A stretch of 64,000 bases of DNA from a virus: positions 1 through 64,000 of IMG/VR virus record IMGVR_UViG_3300037493_006316. One strand, 5' to 3'. Within the stretch, counting starts at the first letter, position 1. Each line of letters opens with the position of its first letter. The notes beneath the pieces were generated by a model. The model made no database searches and was not told the DNA's origin. It saw nothing but the letters and a program-made list of their open reading frames with translations. Shown piece after piece: positions 38,272-48,571 of the stretch. The position numbers were made by a program, and so were the translations under genes.

Positions 38272-39657
38272 TCAGTAGGTCTGCAGGAGAGTGGCGTTGA
38301 TCTGGTCGCCGCTGGTCGCGTCGATCAGCCACAGCCGGGTCAGCACGGGCAGGCTGTCGGCCGCCACGTCGACGTTGGCGGCGGGCTCGAAGGTCGCGGT
38401 CTCCAGCGAGCCAACCCCGGGCGTCTGCCGCACCAGCACAAGCAGATCGGCCTCGTCGACGTCGTCGCCAAACTCGCGCTTGCGGATGTCGAGGAACTCG
38501 GCGATGCGGCTGGCCGCCGAGGCGTAGACCTGCCGCAGCGTGAAGCTCGGCCGCAGGGTGATGGTCGCTTTGACCTCCACCGCCGTCATCGTGGCGTTGA
38601 TGACGTCGATGCCAAGGTGCGAGCGCACCCGAGCCGCGATGAAGTCCTCGAGGGCTGCGAGCCGCGCCGCAGACATCGCCCCGCCGCCGCGCCCGACCAC
38701 TGCGATCTGCATGACGCCCACAGCGATGGACGTGGTCCGCACGGCGCGCAGGACCTCTTCGTCGCCCACCTGCGCCACCGACTCCACCCAGGCCAGGGTC
38801 TCCTGGGCCGCGCCCTGCGTGGTGTTGGCTGCCCGGCGCTTGGCCGCAAAGTCGCTCTCGGTGTCGGCGCCGCCCGTCGCCGCGTTGGGGTTGTTCACCG
38901 CGGTGATGGCCGCCACCGCCGGCGACAGGGTGGTCAGCGTGCCCGCAGCGACGTTGCCCGCGGCGCCGGCGGTGGTGCACTCAGCCCAAGCCTTGTCCGC
39001 AAGGGCCAGCGCGACGCTCTCGCCGGCGAGCACGGGGTTGGCGTCGCCGACCGACACCGCGTCGAGCAGCTCGAAGGTCTGGTTGCCGCCCGTGACCTGC
39101 TGCCCGACGGCAAGCACGCTGCGCAGGATCACCGCGCAGTCGTCTGTGCTCGGGGTGTAGGTTCCGCTGAGCGTGGCAACCTCGAGCTCATCGCCGCCGG
39201 CCGGGCCCGTGCCTGAGGTGACGGCGATCACCGTCGCGATCTCGGTCTCGGTGCCGTCCGAGTTGCGCACCCGGATCGACGAGCCCACGCTGAAGTTGGC
39301 GCCGTCGCCCGCGGCGATCTCAAGCAGGTCCGTCGCCCCGGACGTGATGTCGATCAGGGGCGTCGTGTAGGGCTGGAAGCAGACGAGCGCCTTGGCGCGC
39401 TGGGCGCCGCGCCGGGGCGCCCCGCTCTCGACAAGCACCTGGTCGAGCTGCTCACCGTCGGCCGCCTGCAGGGTGAAGCGCCGCAGCACACCGGTGTAGA
39501 GCTGCCCGGTGTAGCCGCCAAGCTGCGCCGACACGTCGAGAAGCGACCGCGCGACGCCGCCCTCACCGAACCACGTCAGCAGCGGCGTCGCGGCCACGGT
39601 GCGGCGGATGCCCTCCTGGGCGAGCTCCACCGCGTCAAGCACCCTGGGGAACGCCAT
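38272..39657 (-). CDS. Baseplate J/gp47-like wedge protein
   Basis: ADGEQLD, AECTTAGAAGNV, VNNPNAATGGADTESD motifs. Confidence 0.85.
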   Translation of the reverse strand: MAFPRVLDAVELAQEGIRRTVAATPLLTWFGEGGVARSLLDVSAQLGGYTGQLYTGVLRRFTLQAADGEQLDQVLVESGAPRRGAQRAKALVCFQPYTTPLIDITSGATDLLEIAAGDGANFSVGSSIRVRNSDGTETEIATVIAVTSGTGPAGGDELEVATLSGTYTPSTDDCAVILRSVLAVGQQVTGGNQTFELLDAVSVGDANPVLAGESVALALADKAWAECTTAGAAGNVAAGTLTTLSPAVAAITAVNNPNAATGGADTESDFAAKRRAANTTQGAAQETLAWVESVAQVGDEEVLRAVRTTSIAVGVMQIAVVGRGGGAMSAARLAALEDFIAARVRSHLGIDVINATMTAVEVKATITLRPSFTLRQVYASAASRIAEFLDIRKREFGDDVDEADLLVLVRQTPGVGSLETATFEPAANVDVAADSLPVLTRLWLIDATSGDQINATLLQTY

Positions 39658-39658
39658 C

Positions 39659-41365
39659 TCAGACTCCGAACGTCAGGGGGCCAGTCGAGTTGATCGCGCG
39701 CGCTTCGATGCTCACCACCAGGTCGCCGTCGTTGTGGGTGACGGTGGCCACGGCTGACTCTATCCGGCGGTCCGAGCGCACGAGCGCCTCAATGCGCCTG
39801 GACAGGTAGACGAGCCGCACAACGTCCGGCACCGCCTGCGACGCGGTCAGCAGGGCGTCCGCGTTGTCGGCGAGCAGCATCGCCATGCCCTGCTCGAGCA
39901 CTGCCGGGCCGCTCAGGACCTCAAGGTCGCCCGCGCCGGTCACCCGCAGGGCGGCAGACAGGTCGGCGCCCCACGCCGCCTGCCCTCGGTGCGAGCCGAA
40001 GGTCGGCAGGCCGTCAATGGGCTGCGGGCCCAGCGGGCGCGTCACGGGGATGAGCAGCTGCCGGTCCCGCTGCAGAGCCTCGACGGGGGTGAGCCGGTTC
40101 AGCGCCAGGATGTCGCCCTCGGCGGCGCCATAGGTCTCAGCGATGCTGGCCAGCGTGTCGGTGGCGATGACGACGTGCACCGTCGTGCCCGACACCGCGG
40201 GGCCCAGGATGCCCGCCCGGGCGCCGCCGGTCAGGTAGAGCAGGTACTCGTCGCGGCTCATGCCGAAGAGCGCGCCGGCGGCGAGCTGCCACCGGCAGGC
40301 CGAGGCCACTTCGCGCAGCTGGTAGACCTGCTCCACGCGGTCGAGCTCGAGGTTGGTGCCCTCACTTGGCGCGCCTGCGTAGTCCGGGTAGCCGCCGTCG
40401 TCGGACGGAGACCGGCCGCCGCGGCCCAGGTCATCCGCTGCGGCGTCAGCGGCCGCCGCGGCCTCGCCGGCCAGGTCAGGGAAGTCCTGCGTGGGGCGCG
40501 AGGCCGCGGTCGTCGCTTGCGCACCAGAGCCCGCCGCGGTGCCCGGGCGCGCGGCCGTGCCGTAGGTCGGGGGCCCGGCCATGACCCTGCGGGCAGCCTC
40601 GAGCTGCCCCTCGAGCGCGTCGAGCGTCTCCCCAACCAGCGTCTTGACCGGGCCCGCGAGCGCCTTGAAGCTGTCGAGGATGGTCTCCAGCGTGTAGCTT
40701 TCGAGCACGTTGTTGACGTTCTTCCACAGCGTCAGCGCCGTGAAGAGCACGTCGAGGATCTTGGTGCCCAGCGAACCCTCGACGATGGGCCCGGCCTCGT
40801 CGAGCTGCATCCGGTAGAAGACCGCCCCGGATGCGCCGCCGCGGGCGGCCTGTCGGCCGTCGCTCCACGAGCGCACCACGACCTGAAAGCGCCGCTGGTT
40901 CCAGAAGTCCCAGAAGTTGATGTAGGGCGTGGGGCTCAGCTCGGCCACGTACTGGCGCGCCAGCAGCGACACGAACGGGGTGCCGGTCAGGATGTTGATG
41001 CAGTCGTCGAACTCGGCCTGCGTCAGCGCCTCGCCCATCTTGACGACCTCGTTGACGAAGCGCTGATGGAGCATGTCGCCGTTGCCGATGTAGGGGCCCA
41101 GGCCGCGGGGCTCGACGCCGAAGGTGCCTGCGAGCGAGACCCGCCACGGCGCCCGGCCGCCGCGGGTGCCCGACCAGCCGCCGGCGGTGCGGGTCACCGT
41201 CGACATCGAGCCCGTGGCGTAGTCGATGGACGAGGGGCCCTTCACCAGCGGGTGGATGCCCATCGTCTTCGGGATCTGCGAGCCGGTGACGGGGTCGCGA
41301 AGAAGGATGCCCACCTCGAACATGAAGATGTTGAGGTTGCCGCCGGTGTTGGCGCCGATGCTCAT
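39659..41365 (-). CDS. Baseplate protein with LysM and C-terminal gp25-like domain
   Basis: HVVIATDTLASIAETYG...ILALNRL (LysM); GDLEVLSGPAVLEQ...SDRRIES (gp25-like). Confidence 0.7.
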   Translation of the reverse strand: MSIGANTGGNLNIFMFEVGILLRDPVTGSQIPKTMGIHPLVKGPSSIDYATGSMSTVTRTAGGWSGTRGGRAPWRVSLAGTFGVEPRGLGPYIGNGDMLHQRFVNEVVKMGEALTQAEFDDCINILTGTPFVSLLARQYVAELSPTPYINFWDFWNQRRFQVVVRSWSDGRQAARGGASGAVFYRMQLDEAGPIVEGSLGTKILDVLFTALTLWKNVNNVLESYTLETILDSFKALAGPVKTLVGETLDALEGQLEAARRVMAGPPTYGTAARPGTAAGSGAQATTAASRPTQDFPDLAGEAAAAADAAADDLGRGGRSPSDDGGYPDYAGAPSEGTNLELDRVEQVYQLREVASACRWQLAAGALFGMSRDEYLLYLTGGARAGILGPAVSGTTVHVVIATDTLASIAETYGAAEGDILALNRLTPVEALQRDRQLLIPVTRPLGPQPIDGLPTFGSHRGQAAWGADLSAALRVTGAGDLEVLSGPAVLEQGMAMLLADNADALLTASQAVPDVVRLVYLSRRIEALVRSDRRIESAVATVTHNDGDLVVSIEARAINSTGPLTFGV

Positions 41366-42024
41366 GTGGCCCTCGTTGCGCGCGTGGAGAGGGTGCCGCC
41401 CCCGGCCGCCTGATCGGCCGCGAGCCGGATCAGTGCAGACGCTGTGTCGGGGGTGAGCGTGCCGGCCGCGAGCCCGATGGCCACGACCTCGGTGAACACG
41501 CTGATGAGCAGGTCGAACAGCTCAGGCGCGAAGGCCAGTCGATGGCCGCCCGGCCCGCCAAGCTCCACACGGGGCGCGTAGGCCTTGATCGCCTTGCTGG
41601 CGTCGAGTCGCACTCCGGCGCCCTGGCCGCCGCCGACCTCGAGGTTGACCGTGCCGGTCGACACGCCAGCGTCGGACTTGAAGTCCAGCGCGAGCTTGAG
41701 GTTGTCGCGCGCCGGTGCGTCGCTGGGCTTCTTGGCCAGGCCCGACTCGTCGGTGGAGGGCCGGATCGACCCGAGCACCACCGGTGAGCGCGCCTTGCCG
41801 CGGATGAAGCCGACGACGACCAAGTCGCCCTCGACGATGAAGGCCGCCCCCGACGTGCCCAACGGCACCCAGATCCGCGGGAACCACTGCGCGCCGGACG
41901 GCTGCACGATGGAGTAGGTGTCCTCATCGAACTGGCCGCCGCTCTCGATGCGCAGCACGCGCCGACCGCCGACCAGCACGATCCGGCCGGTCTCGATGGT
42001 CGGAAACGTGCCGCCCTGGCCCAT
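41362..42024 (-). CDS. Baseplate spike (gpV-like)
   Basis: EGDLVVVGFIRGKARSPVVLGS OB-fold motif. Confidence 0.7.
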   Translation of the reverse strand: MGQGGTFPTIETGRIVLVGGRRVLRIESGGQFDEDTYSIVQPSGAQWFPRIWVPLGTSGAAFIVEGDLVVVGFIRGKARSPVVLGSIRPSTDESGLAKKPSDAPARDNLKLALDFKSDAGVSTGTVNLEVGGGQGAGVRLDASKAIKAYAPRVELGGPGGHRLAFAPELFDLLISVFTEVVAIGLAAGTLTPDTASALIRLAADQAAGGGTLSTRATRAT

Positions 42025-43583
42025 CAGGTCTCCGCGAAGTGCAGGGGGTTCGTCGGCGGGGCGTCGAGAGTGATCTCGACCTTCAGCGCGTCGATGAGCG
42101 GCCCGTTGTAGCCCCGGGTGAGCCGCAGCGTGCACTCGTAGGGTGAGCCCACCGACCACGACCACGTCACCTGCGTGCAGTAGAAGTGCACGCCCTCGCG
42201 CAGGCCGAAGGTCGCCGCCGGCGGCAGGGGAGGGACCTCCTCAGGCAGGAACACCGGGTCGCCCGGGCGGTAGTTGTCGTTGCCCTCAACGGTGATGGAC
42301 CCGCTGAGCATGCGCGCCGACGCCCAGTACCAGTTGAACAGGCGGTTGCGGGCGTTCGTGGCCTCGTTGACCAGCTGGCTGTCGTAGGCGGCCGCGCCCT
42401 CGGCGCGCTGTGCCAGGTCGCCACCCACAAGGCTCAGGGCGGCGCGGTAGCTGCGCAGGCCGTACCTGCGGGCCGCCCAGGTGTCGACCAGCGGGTAGCT
42501 CAGGCCGGCGCCACCAGCGTCGGAGCCCAACAGGTACTCGCTGGTCACGAGGTAGTGCGAGCACACCGACCGGTCGTCGATCCCCAGCGCTGTGCGCCAG
42601 ATCTGGTCGTTGGTGAACTCGTGGTAGGGCTTGGCCTCGATGAGCGTGACGAGGTCCTCGCGCCCCGAGTAGGCGCTGGTGACGCGTGCGCGCTCGAGCT
42701 TGGGGTCGTCGAACGGCTTGGGCCGGATGATGAGCACCGGCTGGCACACCGGATCGAACTTGCCCGGCAGGGTCTCCCGCGGGATGTCGTCGACCCGCAG
42801 CTCGAACAGGTCGGCGTCGATCAACGTCTGCAGGAAGCCCCACACCGTGCCCGCGTACTGGTTGAGGCTCTGGTTCCACAGCCGCACGTCGGTCGGGGCG
42901 ATGAACGTCTCGGCGTCAATGATCTCGGCCGCGCTCGCTGCCGAGCGGGGCGACGTCGGCGCGCCGAACGCGTTCCGGAGCGCAGGGACCTGCAGCGTCG
43001 AGCCGAACCGCAGCGCAAAGAGGGCCGCCTGCGACACTTCGGCGCCCAGGAAGGTGAAGCCCTCGTCACCCTCTGCGCCCCGGGCGGGCCCGCGCAGGCC
43101 GTAGATCATCTGCAGCAGAGGGTGGTCGCTGCCCAGCGCCGCGGCGATCTTGCGCTCGAAGTCGGCCTGCGTGGGGCCCAGCACCGTGCTCAGCACGATG
43201 TGATCGTTCACGAGCAGCTTGCCCATCGTCCGGCCGCTCAGGGTGACGGCCACCGATGCCGTGCCGCTCCCGTTGCGAATGGCCTGCTGCCGCTGCACCT
43301 CGACACGGTCGACGAGGCCCAGCGTGATGCCGCCGGGGCGGTCGTAGCCGATGCTGACCACGTCGTTGGGCTGCACGGCCCGCAGCCACCAGGACTGGTC
43401 ACGGGTCTTGCCCGGCAGATCTGCGGGGCCCGACGTGCGCGGGGCCAAGCGCAGGGTCCAGGTGCCGACGGGGCCGTCCACGTCCTTCTGCACCTGCAGG
43501 GCGAGCACCTCGCCGCTGATGTCGACCTTGCCGACGAACGGGTCGGCGGCGAACAGCCAGACGTGGGGGCGACCGAGGTTCAA
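42024..43583 (-). CDS. Baseplate hub protein (gp27/gpD-like)
   Basis: Position after the tape measure; GLVDRV...VTLSGR, SGSITVEGN...RPG, YECTLRLTRG. Confidence 0.7.
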   Translation of the reverse strand: MNLGRPHVWLFAADPFVGKVDISGEVLALQVQKDVDGPVGTWTLRLAPRTSGPADLPGKTRDQSWWLRAVQPNDVVSIGYDRPGGITLGLVDRVEVQRQQAIRNGSGTASVAVTLSGRTMGKLLVNDHIVLSTVLGPTQADFERKIAAALGSDHPLLQMIYGLRGPARGAEGDEGFTFLGAEVSQAALFALRFGSTLQVPALRNAFGAPTSPRSAASAAEIIDAETFIAPTDVRLWNQSLNQYAGTVWGFLQTLIDADLFELRVDDIPRETLPGKFDPVCQPVLIIRPKPFDDPKLERARVTSAYSGREDLVTLIEAKPYHEFTNDQIWRTALGIDDRSVCSHYLVTSEYLLGSDAGGAGLSYPLVDTWAARRYGLRSYRAALSLVGGDLAQRAEGAAAYDSQLVNEATNARNRLFNWYWASARMLSGSITVEGNDNYRPGDPVFLPEEVPPLPPAATFGLREGVHFYCTQVTWSWSVGSPYECTLRLTRGYNGPLIDALKVEITLDAPPTNPLHFAET

Positions 43584-45394
43584 TTGCCGCTCCCGGCCGG
43601 GCCAACCCCGGACCCAGGCGTGTTCATGGCGCGCCCGGCGTTGTCTGGCGACTGGCCGAGAATGCCGATCCGCGTGGCGTATTCGGAGGGCGAGAAGTCA
43701 CGCACCCAAGCTGCGGTCTCGCCTGCTTGGTTGACCATCTCGGGCACCCCGCGCTGGACGCCTTGCGCGGCGCCGCGGAAGAACTCTGGCGCGCCCATGT
43801 TGCGGCTCGCCCCTTCAATGGCGCCGGTGAGCTCTTTCAGCGCGCCGACCGCGCCGCTGACCATGCCCGGGATGTCGCTCGCCTTGAAGCCCGTCAGGTT
43901 GCCTAGGGTCTTGACGAGGTCCATGACCATGTCCCGCAGGCCCATGATGAGCGTCGTGGCCGGCCCACCGATGGCCATCTGGATCGCCTCGGTCTCGACG
44001 GCGAACCCTTCACCAGCGCCGATGCGCCCGGGGGCCCGGCCAAGGCCCGCGAACCCGCTCTTGCCGTAGGTCGCGCGCTCGCCCTGGTCGAGGCTGCCCA
44101 TGAACGCGCGCAGAGCCTCGGGGTCGCCCTCGCCGATGACCCCTTGCAGCTGCGCAAGGCCCTCCGCCGTCCCGAAGCGGTCGACCATGGCCTCGAGCTC
44201 GTGCGCCTTGAGCGCGCCGCCCGTGGCGCTTTTGAGCGCCTGGAAGGTCGCCGTCCGGCCAAGCCCCATGCGCTGGAAGCCGGCGAACATGTCGGCGATG
44301 TTGCGCGGGTCGTAGGCGCCGGCCTCCAGACGCTTCTGGGCCTCGATGTAGCCGGGCCCGCCCTCTTCGCCGTAGCCCATCATCCGCAGCCGGAAGACGT
44401 CGGTGGCTGGGTTGCGCATGCCCTCGGACAGGCGCCCGAGCAGCTCGGCTGCCGAGCGTCCGCGCCCCCGCTCGTCGCCGGGGCCGAACGCCATCCCGGG
44501 GATCTGCGTCAGGGCGGCGAGCTGATCCAGGTCAGCGCGACCGGTCTGCCGGAACATGGCCTCGGCCAACGTCGTCTGCGACTCCAAGAACTCGCCCAGG
44601 CGGCCCTGGCCCATGCCCTGCAGCGAGGCCCGGCCGGCCATGCGGGCCATCTCCGAGCTGGTCAACTGCCCGCCCGACAGGTTGCCGATGCGCCCCAACG
44701 TGGCCGCGGCGGTCTGCGGGTCCAGGCCGCGGTCGCGGGCGAACCCGACGATGCGGTTGTAGTCGCCGCGGGTCACCTGGTCGGTTTGCCGGCCGAGAGC
44801 CTCGACGATGGCGGCGTTCTTGCTGATCGTGTAGCCGTAGCTGTAGCCGAAGGTCGCGACCTCGCTGCCGGTCTCGCGGAACTGGCGCCCCAGCTGCGTG
44901 ACGGTGCCCGACAGCTCCATGAACTTCGAGGCCGCTGACGACAGGATGCCGATCAGGCTGGTGCCCAGGCCGAAGCCTGCGGCGGCCGCGGCGCCCTGCG
45001 CCAAGCTCGACGCCGTGTCGCGCCAGCCCGAGCCCTCTCGCTGCGGCGCCTGGGGCCGCCCCAGGCTGCCACCCTGGCCGCCCTGGGCCGGCGCGGGGCC
45101 CGGCGCCGGAGCGCCGCCCTGTGGGCCGCCAGCGCCGGGAGGCGGGGGGCCAAGGCCGCCACCGGCCGGCGGCGGGGTGCCTGGCGGCGCCGGCGGCGCG
45201 GCCGAGGGGGACGGCGGGGCGCCTGCGTTGGCGCCTCCGCCCACAGCGCCCGCGCCGCCCGGGGCGCCCGCCAGAGAGGCCAGGGCCATGCTCAGCGCGT
45301 CGGTGTCCGCCTTGGCGCCGCGCAGCTCGGCACGGAGCGCCTGCAAGCCCGCCAGCTCGGCCTGTGTGCGGATCTTCAGGGTGGTCTCACCCAT
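43580..45394 (-). CDS. Tail tape measure protein
   Basis: Ala/Gly-rich helical protein following the chaperone pair. Confidence 0.65.
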   Translation of the reverse strand: MGETTLKIRTQAELAGLQALRAELRGAKADTDALSMALASLAGAPGGAGAVGGGANAGAPPSPSAAPPAPPGTPPPAGGGLGPPPPGAGGPQGGAPAPGPAPAQGGQGGSLGRPQAPQREGSGWRDTASSLAQGAAAAAGFGLGTSLIGILSSAASKFMELSGTVTQLGRQFRETGSEVATFGYSYGYTISKNAAIVEALGRQTDQVTRGDYNRIVGFARDRGLDPQTAAATLGRIGNLSGGQLTSSEMARMAGRASLQGMGQGRLGEFLESQTTLAEAMFRQTGRADLDQLAALTQIPGMAFGPGDERGRGRSAAELLGRLSEGMRNPATDVFRLRMMGYGEEGGPGYIEAQKRLEAGAYDPRNIADMFAGFQRMGLGRTATFQALKSATGGALKAHELEAMVDRFGTAEGLAQLQGVIGEGDPEALRAFMGSLDQGERATYGKSGFAGLGRAPGRIGAGEGFAVETEAIQMAIGGPATTLIMGLRDMVMDLVKTLGNLTGFKASDIPGMVSGAVGALKELTGAIEGASRNMGAPEFFRGAAQGVQRGVPEMVNQAGETAAWVRDFSPSEYATRIGILGQSPDNAGRAMNTPGSGVGPAGSGN

Positions 45395-46324
45395 GCGCCC
45401 TCCCGAGGCTCAGCCGCGGCGCCTTGGGCGGCGCAGGCTCTGCTGGGGCAGCACCTATCGCGCGCAGGCGCGCCAAGGTCGCCGGGTCGCTGAGCCAGGC
45501 CTGCGCGTTCGACGTCATCTCCGCCTGCGCCTGCTTGTTGGTGGCGATCTTCCACACGTCCGAGAGGCCCGGGTTGCGCCGGAGCATCTCCCGCTCGTCA
45601 GCCAAGCGGTCGGCGTAAAGGTCCACCAGCATGTCGGTCTCGGTGAGATCCAACAGCGCAGGGTCGGCCGCAGAGAGGTTCCACCGCCGCCTGTAGGCGA
45701 AGCGCAGCGAGCTCGCCCGCTCGCGCGCCTGCTCGATCAGCCAAGCGTCCTTGCCGCCCTCCAGGTCCGGCAAAGGGCCGGCGACGCTCAGCGCCCGGAG
45801 GACAGCGCTTTTCCCGCGCGGAAGTCGACCACAGCCTCGTCGTAGGCGGCCTGCAGGGCGTCAATGGCAGCGTCACCCGCCACCACGCCGTCGAGCTTGC
45901 GCCAGGACTCAGGCCCGCGCAGGAAGCACGCGTTCCAGCGCCCCACCCACTCAGCCCGCTGAACGCTCGCCCGGGCGCGCAGGAACGCGTCCTTGAGCGG
46001 GCTGTTCAGTCGGCGGAACACCTCGTCACGCGCGGCCTCGCGCTCGTCGTCGGGGATGCCGGGGCCGGCCTCCTCGTCGCACTCCTGCGCCACCGCGGAG
46101 TACAGGTCGCGCACAGCCGCAGCCAGCTCGGCCTGCTCACGGAAGCCGCCGAGGAAGGCGGTCATCGCGCGCTCGGCCGCGGCCTGCTGCCGCACGGTGG
46201 GGTCGCCCTCGAGCACAACCTCGAGGGCCTCGGCCGGGTCGGTCGACCACCCACCGCCTGCGGTGACGAAGTGCGCCACGCCGTCGACGATGCGCGTGCC
46301 GCGCACCTTGACCGGGAAGCTCAC
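45387..46324 (-). CDS. Tail assembly chaperones G (45788-46324) and GT (via -1 frameshift, to 45387)
   Basis: Slippery heptamer G GGA AAA at 45815-45809 in the G frame; the -1 frame is open into ORF 45387-45773. Confidence 0.75.
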
Positions 46325-46800
46325 GAGCCCGCCAGGGCGGCCCACTCGGCGCCGTTGTAGGCGCGCGAGAAGACCATGCTGAGGTTCGTGGTCATCGCGC
46401 CGCGGGCCCCGTGGCTGTCGCTGACGCCGGTGATCCGCGCCTTGGTGAGCACCCGCAGGGGGGTGCCCGCGCCGGCGCGCCCGGGGGCGATGCGCTCGAT
46501 CACGGTGTAGCTCTTGCCGATGAAGCTCTGGCGGGTCGGGATCGACTCCGCCCAGGCGGGGGTGAAGAAGGCCGAGATGTCGGCCCGGCCGGTGTGCCGG
46601 TCCTGCACGAACTCGTCAACACCGTCGTTGCCGGCCTCTTCGACGGGGGTGACGGCGAACTCTTGGGTGAGGTTCATCGAGCTCGCGGCGCCGATGATGG
46701 GCGCGCCCGGGTCCGCTGCGTCGAAGATGAGGATCTCGACGCCGGCGCCGGACTGCTTCTCGCGGAACTCCGGCAGGGCCTGGAAGTCGCTGTAGGACAT
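46321..46800 (-). CDS. Tail tube protein
   Basis: 159 aa, immediately after the sheath gene. Confidence 0.75.
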   Translation of the reverse strand: MSYSDFQALPEFREKQSGAGVEILIFDAADPGAPIIGAASSMNLTQEFAVTPVEEAGNDGVDEFVQDRHTGRADISAFFTPAWAESIPTRQSFIGKSYTVIERIAPGRAGAGTPLRVLTKARITGVSDSHGARGAMTTNLSMVFSRAYNGAEWAALAGS

Positions 46801-46801
46801 G

Positions 46802-48562
46802 TCACACCAGCAGGTTGAGGGTGGAGCCGATGAAGTCGACGGTCTTCGGCGGCGAGCCGGTCCAGGTCACGTTGTAGCCGGCGCCCGAGGCGTCCTCGGT
46901 CACCGTCAGCACCCGGCCGGTGCCGGCCCGCAGCCAGCCGCGGTCGGCGATCTGGCCGAGCTTGGCCACCATCACCGACCGGATGCTGTCCGGGTCCACG
47001 CCGTCGGCGCCCTGCTGCGCACCCAGCGCATCGAGCATGGCCGCGTCGACCGCGTCGGCGAGGTCCCGCTGCATCACGAGGCAGCTCGCGTTGGCCGCGG
47101 TGTCCCAGGCCTGCAGGTTGGTCTGGTAGGTGCTCAGGCCCTGCTGGATGACGTAGCGCTTCTCCCGGTCGTACCGCAGGCGGTTGGTGACCACGCCCGC
47201 GCGGGTGAGCGACGTCAGCTCACCGAGCCCGTCCTCATTCCAGGTGACCTCGCTCGGCTCGATGGGGTAGGCGTCGCCGGTCAGGTTGTGGGCGACACCG
47301 CCCGCGCACCGCGCGCCCCAGACGAAGGCGGCCCGGGTCAGGTGCGCGCCCAGGTAGCCCATGCCGTTGGCCACCAGACAGAAGTCCTGGCTGTTGAGCG
47401 CCCGCGCCCGGAAGACCGGGGACGTGGAGTCGCTGGCCGAGACCACGACGTCGCCCCAGCCGCAGCCCGCGGTGACGTTGACCGGCCGGCGCCGGCTGCG
47501 CATGGAGCGGGCCCAGGTCGCGAACGACGCGTGCGCCGTCGTCGAGCTCGTGGCGATGAAGAACGCCCGCATGAGGCGGCCCTCGGCGAGGGCAAAGTCG
47601 TCGTACATGCCCGCGTCGAGCAGGCTGATCAGGTCGGCGTAGTCGGTGGCGGTCGCGGCCGGGCTCTCGCCCGGGGTGACGGTACCCCACGTGCTGATCT
47701 GCTTGAGCGGGGTCGCGCTCGACAGGTAGGCCACCGGCGCGGCGCCCGTGTAGGTGCCGGTCTTGGTGCAGTCGATCAGCCTGGACGTGTAGCGCGCCCA
47801 GGTGAAGAACTGCGCCGTGGTCGTGATGCCGGTCGCGGTCTCGCTGGCGGTCGTGTCGTACACCACCGCGTAGGGGAAGTCGGCCAGGGTCAGCGTCACG
47901 GTCACGCTCGACGCGAGGTCGATCCAGTACCGCTTCTGCCCGTTGGCCAGCGTCTCCTCGCCGGAGCCCGACACGACGGCGGCCACGTTGTTCGTGTCGT
48001 TGTCGCCGAGCTCCATCGCGAGGCCGGGCACGGCCCAGCTGTTGTCGGCCACGTAGATCCGCGTGCCGGAGCTGAACGCCTCGGTCACCGCGGTGAAGCG
48101 CTTCAGCGGAATGACCTCAACCGCCCCGCCCGACGTCCACTTCAGCTTCATGAACGTCGGGGGCGCCCCGAACAGGCGCGGAAACACGTTCAGCTCGGCG
48201 ACCGGGCCCGTGCTCGGGCACACCACGTTGCCGCGCACCAGCGCCGAGGCGTTGATGAAGAACGACCCCTCATGTCCAGCCCGCGCGGCCCACTCGGCGG
48301 CCTGGACGGCCTCAGCGTCCCGCGCCTGGCCCATCACCGACGCGGCCGTGGTGTTGGTGCCGAAGAAGGTCCAGGGCGCAAAGCTCTCGTGAGCCTCCCG
48401 CTCGGCCTTGGCCGTGTACGGGATGCCCTGGGGCGCGCTGCCGACCAGGATCGGCGTGTGGAACTCGGGCAGCGGGGTCGGGGTCCCGCTCACCGCTCGC
48501 ACCAGGCTGTAGACGCCCGGAACGTAGACCTCAGCGCCATCCGGGGTAGTGAACAAGGGCAT
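46802..48562 (-). CDS. Tail sheath protein
   Basis: N-terminal YVPGVYS; LTRAGV...YVIQQGLSTY; ends KTVDFIGSTLNL. Confidence 0.85.
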   Translation of the reverse strand: MPLFTTPDGAEVYVPGVYSLVRAVSGTPTPLPEFHTPILVGSAPQGIPYTAKAEREAHESFAPWTFFGTNTTAASVMGQARDAEAVQAAEWAARAGHEGSFFINASALVRGNVVCPSTGPVAELNVFPRLFGAPPTFMKLKWTSGGAVEVIPLKRFTAVTEAFSSGTRIYVADNSWAVPGLAMELGDNDTNNVAAVVSGSGEETLANGQKRYWIDLASSVTVTLTLADFPYAVVYDTTASETATGITTTAQFFTWARYTSRLIDCTKTGTYTGAAPVAYLSSATPLKQISTWGTVTPGESPAATATDYADLISLLDAGMYDDFALAEGRLMRAFFIATSSTTAHASFATWARSMRSRRRPVNVTAGCGWGDVVVSASDSTSPVFRARALNSQDFCLVANGMGYLGAHLTRAAFVWGARCAGGVAHNLTGDAYPIEPSEVTWNEDGLGELTSLTRAGVVTNRLRYDREKRYVIQQGLSTYQTNLQAWDTAANASCLVMQRDLADAVDAAMLDALGAQQGADGVDPDSIRSVMVAKLGQIADRGWLRAGTGRVLTVTEDASGAGYNVTWTGSPPKTVDFIGSTLNLLV

Positions 48563-48571
48563 GGGGGCCTC

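Noticed and set aside
45050-45290. GC-rich low-complexity repeats
   Set aside because: They encode the Pro/Gly/Ala linker of the tape measure protein.
38272-48562. Stand-alone tailocin or eCIS
   Set aside because: Capsid, protease, neck and replication genes are present, so this is a phage.
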